A stretch of DNA of 64,000 nucleotides, from positions 1 to 64,000 of IMG/VR virus record IMGVR_UViG_3300042731_004843. One strand, 5' to 3'. The translations under genes and the position numbers were made by a program. The first letter of the stretch is position 1; every line of letters starts with the position of its first letter. The notes under the pieces are model-generated. The model ran no database searches. It was given only the letters and a program-made list of their open reading frames with translations, and was not told where the DNA came from. Below, in pieces: positions 56,536 to 64,000 of the stretch. Source of the stretch: a virus.

Positions 56536-57506
56536 AGCACATCACGGCTCCCCACATGCATGGTTTCGTAAATGGGTTGACGAAGGAAGCCATCAACATG
56601 CGCAGCTTTATGGATCTCTACCGCAGAGCCGCCGGAAAGACTATTCCGGGGCACATTGGGAGGGCCACCAGCGCTATCAAGGACACGGCCAAGAAGCATC
56701 TGTCTGGTAGATACGGACGGCAGGTTGCCCTGGGCGCAGGCCTCGGTGCTGCAGGCGGTGCCGCTACTGGTGACGACGAGAACTGGAAAACTAGGGCGCT
56801 ACAGGGCGCGCTGATCGGTGGTACTGCTGCTGGCGGCCGTATTTTGGGCACAAAGGTTGGTAGGCAGGCTGCATCGGAAGCCACCAAGAGGTTCGGTGAG
56901 CGCCAGCTATACACCTTGACCGGCAAGGGATTCAAAGGCCGGGAGGTTGGCCTTGAGGACGCCAAAAGATTGGGGATCCTCAAGGTTCCGGAGTGGGAGA
57001 AGCTAAAGGATACTCCGGGCGCTGTTAGCCGGGCCGTCTCCAAGGTCACCGGGAAGCCGGCAAAGACGCAGCTGGGCCGGGAAGCTGGGCGCTATGCTGC
57101 CGATGTAGAGGCTTTCCAGAAGGGCTTTCAGAACATCCCTGGTGTGGTGCACGGCGCTCTGACCCGACCTGGGGAACTCCTACGTAGTGGTTGGCAGAGG
57201 GCAGGTACAGCTGGGAAAGTCTTCGCTGGAGCCGGCGCTCTCGAGGCAGCACGCGCAGCGACCAAGAAACCGGAGGCCGGGGATCCGGGTAGGGCTCAAG
57301 CTGCTCTTGGCAGCTTGGGGCGCACGGCCGGTTACTTGGTGGCCCCCGGGGCTATGCTGGGGCAGGTAGCGGTGGGTGGCCTGGCTGGTAAGGGCGGAGA
57401 GGCCGTGGGGAAGATAGGTGATGTGGCGTCTAAGGCCAGGAAGGCCGCGATCCAAGTCCCGTACCAGCAGTATGCTGACCTAGCCCCGTACTACGGTGGG
57501 AGGTAG
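56532..57506 (+). CDS. basic glycine-zipper protein (putative ejected/internal virion protein)
   Basis: ATGA overlap gives the start at 56532; LGAGLGAAGGAA and GALIGGTAAGG segments; FVNGLTKEA. Confidence 0.55.
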   Translation: MKHITAPHMHGFVNGLTKEAINMRSFMDLYRRAAGKTIPGHIGRATSAIKDTAKKHLSGRYGRQVALGAGLGAAGGAATGDDENWKTRALQGALIGGTAAGGRILGTKVGRQAASEATKRFGERQLYTLTGKGFKGREVGLEDAKRLGILKVPEWEKLKDTPGAVSRAVSKVTGKPAKTQLGREAGRYAADVEAFQKGFQNIPGVVHGALTRPGELLRSGWQRAGTAGKVFAGAGALEAARAATKKPEAGDPGRAQAALGSLGRTAGYLVAPGAMLGQVAVGGLAGKGGEAVGKIGDVASKARKAAIQVPYQQYADLAPYYGGR

Positions 57507-57508
57507 TC

Positions 57509-59530
57509 TTGTCCGGCGCTAGTACGCAATCTGCGTCCAGGTTCTCCAGTCGTGGTCGTTCTGGTGGAGCGCAGGACTACGGACTCCAGTACCCCAGCCC
57601 CTTCTTCGACATCGGGCAGACCTATCTCCCGGCCACCGTCAAGCAGATGTTCAGGTGGTGTAGGTACTATTACTTGGTCAACCCGCTGATCAACGCGGTG
57701 GTGTCCAAGATGGCGGAGTACCCCATCACCGACGTGCTGTTTGACACAGAGCGGACAGAGCTGAAGGACAGGTGGACAGGCTTCCTGCTGGACCATCTGC
57801 GGTACCGGGCGTTCCAGGTAGAGGTGGGGCTGGACTACTACACCTACGGTAACGCGCTTGTCTCGATCTTCTATCCGTTCTTGAAGTTGTTGGAGTGCCG
57901 CTCATGCGGCAACAAGCAGTGGGCTAAGGACGCAGAGTACAGGTTCCAGAACTATCAGTTCTACATGGTGTGCCCCAAGTGTGGGAACCATGGTCCGGCT
58001 CGAGCTTACGACCGGTACATCAAGGCGTCTAAGGGCATCAGGCTGCTTAGATGGAACCCGGAAGACGTAGACATACGCTACAACGACATCACGGGGGAGT
58101 ACGAGTACTACTACTCTATCCCGACCCAGCTCCGCAACGACATCATCATCGGCAAGAAGTCCACGGTAGAGACCGTTCCCCAGCTCTTCATAGACGCTCT
58201 GCGCCTGAAGAAGTCTGTGGTCTTCTCCCGCGACAACATCTACCACTTCAAGCGTCCAACTTTGGCGGGCAAGGACAGGGGGTGGGGTACCCCCATGATC
58301 CTCCCGGTTCTGAAGGACACGTACTACCTTCAGATCATGCGGAAGGCCCAGGAAGCCATCGCCCTCGAGCACATAGTGCCTCTGAGGGTGATCTTCCCAC
58401 AAGCCGGTTCAGCTACATCTGATCCTTTCACGTCCGTGAATCTGCAGGACTGGAGAGATCAGGTAGCCGGTGAGATCAGACGCTGGAGAGCGGACAACAA
58501 CTACATCCCAATTATGCCCCTGCCTCTAGGTCACCAGACCATCGGCGGCGACGGGCGTGCGCTCCTGCTGTCGCAAGAGATACGGGTCTGGTCCGAGCAG
58601 ATCGTGGCCGGTATGGGCATCCCTGTCGAGCTAGTGTTCGGAGGGTTGAGCTACTCTGGTAGCAACGTCTCCCTGCGCATGCTCGAGAACACCTTCCTGG
58701 GCTATCTCCAGGATCACCATTCGATGCTTAAGTGGATCATCAAGAGCACATCTGCGTATCTTGGTTGGTCCCCCGTCCGGTCCAGGTTCAAGCCGTTCAA
58801 GATGGCCGACGACCTGCAAAGAAAGGCGTATCTCTTCCAGCTCAATCAGGCCGGCAAGCTGTCGGACGAGTCCCTTTTGGCGGACGCTGACTACGATTCC
58901 GCCAAGGAGGACTTGATCATGGAGCGCGAGAGCACCCGTAGGGCGAGTGCTCATAAGAAGCGTGTCCTACAGGACGCGGACATGCAGGGCGAGGCACAGA
59001 TGGTCCAGATGAAGTGGCAGTCCAAGATGCAGGCGCAGCAGATGAAGACGGAAGCTGCTATGCAGAATGAGATAGCCAAGGACCAGGCAGCCTTCCAGGG
59101 TGAGCAGCAGAAAGACCTGATGGGCGCGCAGATGGCCATGCAGCAGGGAGGGCAGCCAGCGGAAACGGCACCAGAGATGCGGCCATCGCCAAGACGCCCA
59201 GAACTGATAGAGCCGCCGGAGCAGATCAAGTCGCCACTAACTGCTAGGTCTATGCAACCGATTCCTGCTGGGGCGACAGGAGAGTCCTTGCAGGGCAAGT
59301 CCAACATAGACCTCCTGCTTTTGGGTCGTAGGCTGGCGGACCAGCTGAACACACTGCAGCCAGTACAGAAGCAGCAAGCACTGTCCGAGCTCAGAGTCAT
59401 GCAACCAGAGCTGCATGATGTCGTTTTGGGGCTAATGGTATCAGGGGGAGCTAGAGCCTCTGCCGCAGCGGCCCGACCTCTGCCTGAACAGAAGCCGGCC
59501 CGCCGCGGACCAGAAGCGCAACTAGTCTAG
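57509..59530 (+). CDS. portal protein with Zn-ribbon insertion
   Basis: NPLINAVVSKMAEYP...DYYTYGNA...LLRWNP...IYHFK...GWGTP.I portal pattern; Q/M-rich tail. Confidence 0.75.
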   Translation: MSGASTQSASRFSSRGRSGGAQDYGLQYPSPFFDIGQTYLPATVKQMFRWCRYYYLVNPLINAVVSKMAEYPITDVLFDTERTELKDRWTGFLLDHLRYRAFQVEVGLDYYTYGNALVSIFYPFLKLLECRSCGNKQWAKDAEYRFQNYQFYMVCPKCGNHGPARAYDRYIKASKGIRLLRWNPEDVDIRYNDITGEYEYYYSIPTQLRNDIIIGKKSTVETVPQLFIDALRLKKSVVFSRDNIYHFKRPTLAGKDRGWGTPMILPVLKDTYYLQIMRKAQEAIALEHIVPLRVIFPQAGSATSDPFTSVNLQDWRDQVAGEIRRWRADNNYIPIMPLPLGHQTIGGDGRALLLSQEIRVWSEQIVAGMGIPVELVFGGLSYSGSNVSLRMLENTFLGYLQDHHSMLKWIIKSTSAYLGWSPVRSRFKPFKMADDLQRKAYLFQLNQAGKLSDESLLADADYDSAKEDLIMERESTRRASAHKKRVLQDADMQGEAQMVQMKWQSKMQAQQMKTEAAMQNEIAKDQAAFQGEQQKDLMGAQMAMQQGGQPAETAPEMRPSPRRPELIEPPEQIKSPLTARSMQPIPAGATGESLQGKSNIDLLLLGRRLADQLNTLQPVQKQQALSELRVMQPELHDVVLGLMVSGGARASAAAARPLPEQKPARRGPEAQLV

Positions 59531-59961
59531 CGCGCCAACCGTAGACGCATTTGGTTGCGGTGTTGTGCCTCTCCTTCCTCCCGCTCTCTTGCCAGAGCTT
59601 TGATTTGTGCGTCTTTGAAACGTCGGTACTGGGTGTTGTGCTGGATGTGCTTCCAGTATTCTGCCTCGGGAGTCCCCGCCTCATGCCCGCCCGCCAAAAG
59701 ACGTAGCCTCAGCTCTTCTACCGCCCTTCGCGGGTACCAGACCTCATGGTCACCCGTTTTTGCTCGGGCTCTGCTTCTGGGACCATCGGGGTTGATGTCC
59801 AGACGCTCGTGGACTGAACCACGCTGAGTTGACTTGAGGAACAGGTACTCATTGATCACGTCGTTGGGTTCATGGTAGCAGAGCCGGTCTAGGTCTTCCC
59901 GGCTAGAGATGCCCAGCTCCCGCATCCTCCGCGTCGGGTACCAACCTGACCCGCTTCTCAT
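59527..59961 (-). CDS. hypothetical basic protein
   Basis: GGAGG RBS; convergent with the portal. Confidence 0.6.
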   Translation of the reverse strand: MRSGSGWYPTRRMRELGISSREDLDRLCYHEPNDVINEYLFLKSTQRGSVHERLDINPDGPRSRARAKTGDHEVWYPRRAVEELRLRLLAGGHEAGTPEAEYWKHIQHNTQYRRFKDAQIKALAREREEGEAQHRNQMRLRLAR

Positions 59962-59970
59962 ACCATCCTC

Positions 59971-60450
59971 CTATCTGGCGATACCTAGCATTTCCCTGCC
60001 CGCGTCGTAGTTGCCGTCACCGAAATGGAACGACACGCAGTCGGCGCAGAGCAGACCCAGGTTCGCCTGATCGTCATATGGATCGAAGATCCACGTCTCG
60101 AAGTCCACCTTCCCTATTTGGAACTGGAAGGCGTAGGGGTGGACATGGAAGTCTTCCGGACATAGTCCGCACTCCCACCGACCCCCATTGGGTTTCCACA
60201 CATCACGTCTGTTCCCCACCTGCGTTAGAAAACAATGCAGGTGGAAGAACTCTATGACAGCTTCTTCACGAGTGATGTGGTTGTCGTTTTTCCAGTCTGG
60301 TAGGAAGTAGCTGTGCCCCGGGTCCTTCTTCATCGGGTACAGCCGGCCGGAGATAGCCGCTACCAGCTCATAGTCGCATCCAAATTCCTCCAGGCAGAAC
60401 CCGCACTTCTGTGCGGGGTTCACCTGGAATTGCGAAGGGATAACGTCCAT
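59971..60450 (-). CDS. Cys/His-rich (Zn-binding) hypothetical protein
   Basis: CGFC, HLHC, CGLC, CADC. Confidence 0.6.
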   Translation of the reverse strand: MDVIPSQFQVNPAQKCGFCLEEFGCDYELVAAISGRLYPMKKDPGHSYFLPDWKNDNHITREEAVIEFFHLHCFLTQVGNRRDVWKPNGGRWECGLCPEDFHVHPYAFQFQIGKVDFETWIFDPYDDQANLGLLCADCVSFHFGDGNYDAGREMLGIAR

Positions 60451-60451
60451 G

Positions 60452-60568
60452 TTATGTGGCCTGCTTACGATCCTCGTCCCCTAGCGCACGACTTAGGGCA
60501 CGCGCAATATCAGCCAGCTCGGAGAGTAGCGCGGCTCCGAAACTCAGGACGAAAACCGCCCACAGCAT
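60452..60568 (-). CDS. 38-aa hydrophobic peptide
   Basis: MLWAVFVLSFGAALLSELAD...; TAATG overlap with the upstream ORF; not in the ORF track. Confidence 0.4.
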   Translation of the reverse strand: MLWAVFVLSFGAALLSELADIARALSRALGDEDRKQAT

Positions 60569-60702
60569 TAGTCCTCATCGGAAGTGTTGTCGTCCTCCGC
60601 TTCATCTATACCGCCGGCGATCTCTTCATCGATCGTCCTCTCGAACTCTTCCAGGCTACTGCCGCTGTCTTCATGGGCGTCGTCGGTATTGTTAGGTCCC
60701 AT
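60568..60702 (-). CDS. 44-aa highly acidic peptide
   Basis: AGGAGG RBS; MGPNNTDDAHEDSGSSLEEFERTIDEEIAGGIDEAEDDNTSDED; not in the ORF track. Confidence 0.55.
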   Translation of the reverse strand: MGPNNTDDAHEDSGSSLEEFERTIDEEIAGGIDEAEDDNTSDED

Positions 60703-60841
60703 AGACTTCCTCCTGTTTGGGGCTGGAACAGCCTCTGCTTTTACTCTTCACCCTCCTTATACCCATCTGCCGCAGTATATTTCGTTGCCAGTTCTCCAGT
60801 TGATCTGGTAGGTTGTACGAACACATATACGGAGCGGCCTC

Positions 60842-63800
60842 ATGGCGCGTCTTTCCCCGGAAGAGAGCTTCGAAATTCTCAAGGACCGGGTCGCAGAGAC
60901 AGTCGGCGGGCTCTTCCCGATCGTAGGGAAGAAGCACACACTGGAACTGGGACAGGTCGACGTCAACGACAGGCTTCATATAGACGACATCCGTTCACAG
61001 AAGGAGGCCAAGCTGGGTAGCCGGACTTGGGCCGTCCCTGTGGAAGCTAAGGTCGTCTTACGAGACAACGACACAGGCAAGAGGGTGGATGAGCAAAAAC
61101 TCCGCCTCATGAGCTTGCCCAAGCACACCAGGCGCTACTCCCACATCGTCGATGGCCAGGAGTACCAGATCGACAACCAGTGGCGGCTGAAGTCCGGGGT
61201 CTACGCTCGAGTGAAGGACAATGGGGAGCTGAAGTCAGAGTTCAACCTGGCCAAGGGCAGGGGCTTCAGCTTGGGGTTCGACCCCAAGAACCGCCAGTTC
61301 CACATGTCGTACGGCACCTCCAACATACCGCTGGCCCCGCTGCTGCAAGAGATGGGTGTGCCACAAGCCAAGATACAGGAGCAATGGGGCTCTGCTATTG
61401 CCCAAGAGAACGATAAAGACGTAGAGCAGGCAGTACTGAAGTTCTACAAAGCCTCTACGGGTAAGAAGGCGGACGACTACGAGCAGGCGCGGCAGTACAT
61501 GAAGGACACGCTGACCGCGACAGAGCTGCGCCCAGACACTACGAAGGTCACGCTGGGCAAAGGGTACAAGTCGGTGACTGGGGACGCTTTGATGGATGCG
61601 TCTACCAAGCTGCTGCGCATATCCCAGGGTAAAGCAGAGCCAGATCCCAGAGACTCCTTGATGTTCAAGGACCTGCACAGCACGGAGGACTTTTTCGCTG
61701 AGCGGATCCAAAAGAGTGGTCGGGACATCACCCGGCGCATACAAAACACTCTAGATCGGAAGAAGCGTGTCAGCGACATCGTCGGCCCGGACGTCTTCAA
61801 TCGCCCCATCAGGACTATGTACCGCACTTCCCTGGCGAATGTCCCAGATCAAACCAACCCCTTGGAGATGATGTCTGGGCAGATGAAGACCACCATCACA
61901 GGCGAGGGAGGCATCAAGAGTTCGCACGCCATCACTGAGGACGCCAAGCTAGTCGACCCATCACACCTCGGGTATTTGGATCCGATACACACGCCGGAGG
62001 GGGCGTCCACAGGCGTGTCCCTGCGCATGCCTATCGGCGTGAAGAAGAAGGGCCACGATGTCGCCGTCAAGATGTTCAACGTCAAGACAGGCAGACTGGA
62101 GGACGTCAATCCAGAGAAGGCCATGAACTCCACTGTCGTCCTGCCTGACCAAGTTAGGTGGCAGGACGGCAAGCCTACGCCGGCCGGCAAAACGATCAAG
62201 ATGAGTGGGCCAGGTAATGAGATCGTCGAAGGGCCCATGAAGCAGGCGGACTACATCATGCGGGACCCCATACAGATGTTCTCCATGGCATCTAATCTGG
62301 TCCCTTTCGTGGCAGCAGACCACCCGAACCGCAGCACCATGGCGGGGAGGCACATGGAGCAGGCAATACCGCTACAACGGCGCAAGGCCCCCTTGGTGCA
62401 GAGTGTAGCGGGCACCAAGACTTTTGAGCGGGTGATGGGTGATTACGCCGGCCACACCACGCGCTTTGCTGGGGAGGTCGTGGGAATCAAGAAAGACGCC
62501 GTCGTCATCAAAGGAGACGATGGCAAGAATCATGAGGTTCAGCTATACGATCACTTCCCACTCAACGACGATAAAGGCTTCCTCCACTCGACTCCTACGG
62601 TGAAGGTTGGGGACAAGGTTAAAAAGGGCCAGCCGATAGCGGACACCAACTTCACAGATGGTGGGGCCCTAGCTCTAGGCACCAACCTCAAAGTCGGATA
62701 CATGCCCTACAAAGGGTACAACTTTGAGGACGGCATCGTGATCAGTGAAGGTGCCGCAAAGGAGTTGTCCAGCGAGCACCTTTACCGCAAGACCCTACAA
62801 CGAGACCGGCAGCACGTGCTGGACAAGAAGAAGTACCAGGCGTACGCGCCAGATGCCGTAACTCGAGAGCAATCAGACAAGCTCGATGATGAAGGGGTCA
62901 TCAAGCCAGGGCAGGTAGTGTCTCCGGGTGATACCCTGATCGCCGCACTACGCGAGAAGAAGGACACCAAGGAAGATCGCGAGCTCGCACGTATCCACAA
63001 GTCTCTAGTCCGGCCGTACACTGATGCCAGCGTGAAGTGGGAGGCTGACCACCCGGGGGTGGTGCAGGAGGTGGTAAAGAAGGGCAAGAAGTTGGCTGTC
63101 CACGTCAAGACTTTGGAGGCCGCTGAAATCGGGGACAAGATCGCCGGCCGTCACGGCAACAAAGGCATCATCACGAGCATTTTGCCGGATGACGAGATGC
63201 CACAGACCAAAGACGGCAAACCACTACAGATTCTGATGAACCCCACTGGCGTGCCCGGCCGTACTAACCTCGGCCAAGTGCTGGAGACGGCTGTCGGCAA
63301 GATAGCTGAGAAGACTGGTAAGCCGTACACGGTCAAGAACTTCCAGCCTAATGAAGATCTACACGCCAAAGTTACCGCAGATCTGAAGGCGCACGGGCTA
63401 CCTACTGACGGAAAAGAAGAAGTCGTGGACCCAAAGACCGGTAGGGTTTTGGGCAGGATCCTGACGGGGCCACAACATGTGGTCAAGTTGAAGCACCAAG
63501 TAGAGAAAAAGATGATCGCCAGGGCTGGTGGACCTGGCTATGCGTATGACAGGAACCTGGTACCCAAGGGAGGGGGCCCGCACGGGGCGCAGGCTTTGGG
63601 CACTCTCGGCCTCTACTCCATGCTGGCGCATGGCGCTAAGGCCAACTTGAGGGAGATGCAGACTCTCAAGAGTGACGCAGGCCAGAGTGATGAATTTTGG
63701 GCCGCCCTACAGGCTGGGGAAGCGCTGCCGGCGCCACGTCCCACGTTCGCGTACAAGAAATTCACCAGCTATCTCAACGCGCTAGGGGTCAACGTTAAGA

Positions 63801-64000
63801 AGGACGGCAACAATCTCTCACTCATCCCGTTCACCGATAAGCAGGTGGAGGAGATGAGTAATGGGCAGATCAAAGACGCAGCCAGGATGGTGCGGGCCAA
63901 GGACCTACGCCCAGAGACTGGAGGGCTGTTCGATCCCAAGACCACTGGCGGTGTTGACGGTACGAAGTGGAGCCACATTCGTCTGGCCGAGGCTATGCCC
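60842..64000 (+). CDS. rpoBC: multisubunit-type DNA-directed RNA polymerase, beta subunit fused to beta' (3'-truncated by the window)
   Basis: PSHLGYLDPIHTPEG, GYNFEDG (62714), GDKIAGRHGNKG (63131), KLKHQVEKKMIAR, LREMQTLKSD; continues in frame into beta'-like LRPETGGLFDP...WSHIRL. Confidence 0.92.
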   Translation, partial: MARLSPEESFEILKDRVAETVGGLFPIVGKKHTLELGQVDVNDRLHIDDIRSQKEAKLGSRTWAVPVEAKVVLRDNDTGKRVDEQKLRLMSLPKHTRRYSHIVDGQEYQIDNQWRLKSGVYARVKDNGELKSEFNLAKGRGFSLGFDPKNRQFHMSYGTSNIPLAPLLQEMGVPQAKIQEQWGSAIAQENDKDVEQAVLKFYKASTGKKADDYEQARQYMKDTLTATELRPDTTKVTLGKGYKSVTGDALMDASTKLLRISQGKAEPDPRDSLMFKDLHSTEDFFAERIQKSGRDITRRIQNTLDRKKRVSDIVGPDVFNRPIRTMYRTSLANVPDQTNPLEMMSGQMKTTITGEGGIKSSHAITEDAKLVDPSHLGYLDPIHTPEGASTGVSLRMPIGVKKKGHDVAVKMFNVKTGRLEDVNPEKAMNSTVVLPDQVRWQDGKPTPAGKTIKMSGPGNEIVEGPMKQADYIMRDPIQMFSMASNLVPFVAADHPNRSTMAGRHMEQAIPLQRRKAPLVQSVAGTKTFERVMGDYAGHTTRFAGEVVGIKKDAVVIKGDDGKNHEVQLYDHFPLNDDKGFLHSTPTVKVGDKVKKGQPIADTNFTDGGALALGTNLKVGYMPYKGYNFEDGIVISEGAAKELSSEHLYRKTLQRDRQHVLDKKKYQAYAPDAVTREQSDKLDDEGVIKPGQVVSPGDTLIAALREKKDTKEDRELARIHKSLVRPYTDASVKWEADHPGVVQEVVKKGKKLAVHVKTLEAAEIGDKIAGRHGNKGIITSILPDDEMPQTKDGKPLQILMNPTGVPGRTNLGQVLETAVGKIAEKTGKPYTVKNFQPNEDLHAKVTADLKAHGLPTDGKEEVVDPKTGRVLGRILTGPQHVVKLKHQVEKKMIARAGGPGYAYDRNLVPKGGGPHGAQALGTLGLYSMLAHGAKANLREMQTLKSDAGQSDEFWAALQAGEALPAPRPTFAYKKFTSYLNALGVNVKKDGNNLSLIPFTDKQVEEMSNGQIKDAARMVRAKDLRPETGGLFDPKTTGGVDGTKWSHIRLAEAMP

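Noticed and set aside
1-64000. Stop-codon reassignment (TAG/TGA recoding)
   Set aside because: TAG, TGA and TAA all end genes immediately before the next start, and long genes are intact in the standard code.
60842-64000. Host chromosomal rpoB/rpoC (prophage boundary)
   Set aside because: No rplL/rplJ context; the sequence is compact and divergent, lacks the beta' Zn finger and is flanked by phage genes.
1-64000. tRNA/rRNA genes, IS elements, integrase
   Set aside because: Intergenic gaps are very short and none showed a cloverleaf; no transposase or integrase motifs were recognised. Not computationally scanned.

Overview
This GC-rich window looks like part of a large contractile-tailed (myovirus-type, probably jumbo) bacteriophage genome read in the standard genetic code. 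It has five blocks. (1) 1-37611 (+): structural/late genes, including a probable baseplate hub, Baseplate-J wedge, beta-propeller/PKD baseplate protein, beta-helix tail spike, a sigma-70-family factor, a patatin phospholipase, a stand-alone MshEN-like protein, holin/spanin-like genes and a 1218-aa multi-enzyme (SNF2 + Cys-His-Asp + InPase) protein. (2) 37671-54143 (-): replication/recombination genes (RusA, PD-(D/E)XK nucleases, RecA, HU, family-A DNA polymerase, SSB, primase, DnaB, UDG, SF2 helicase). (3) 54277-59530 (+): head genes with the portal. (4) 59527-60702 (-): a small inverted island. (5) 60842-end (+): a bacterial-type RNA polymerase beta subunit fused in frame to beta', which the ORF track misses. 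The main observations are: a shared terminal 'FFxELEKI[A/G]' tag plus K-x-[A/S] sites at domain junctions, suggesting a virion cargo-targeting/polyprotein-processing code; a single-chain beta-beta' RNAP with its own, possibly tagged, sigma factor; and a complete -1 frameshift signal in a non-tail gene. All functional calls come from motif recognition by eye; no database searches were run.
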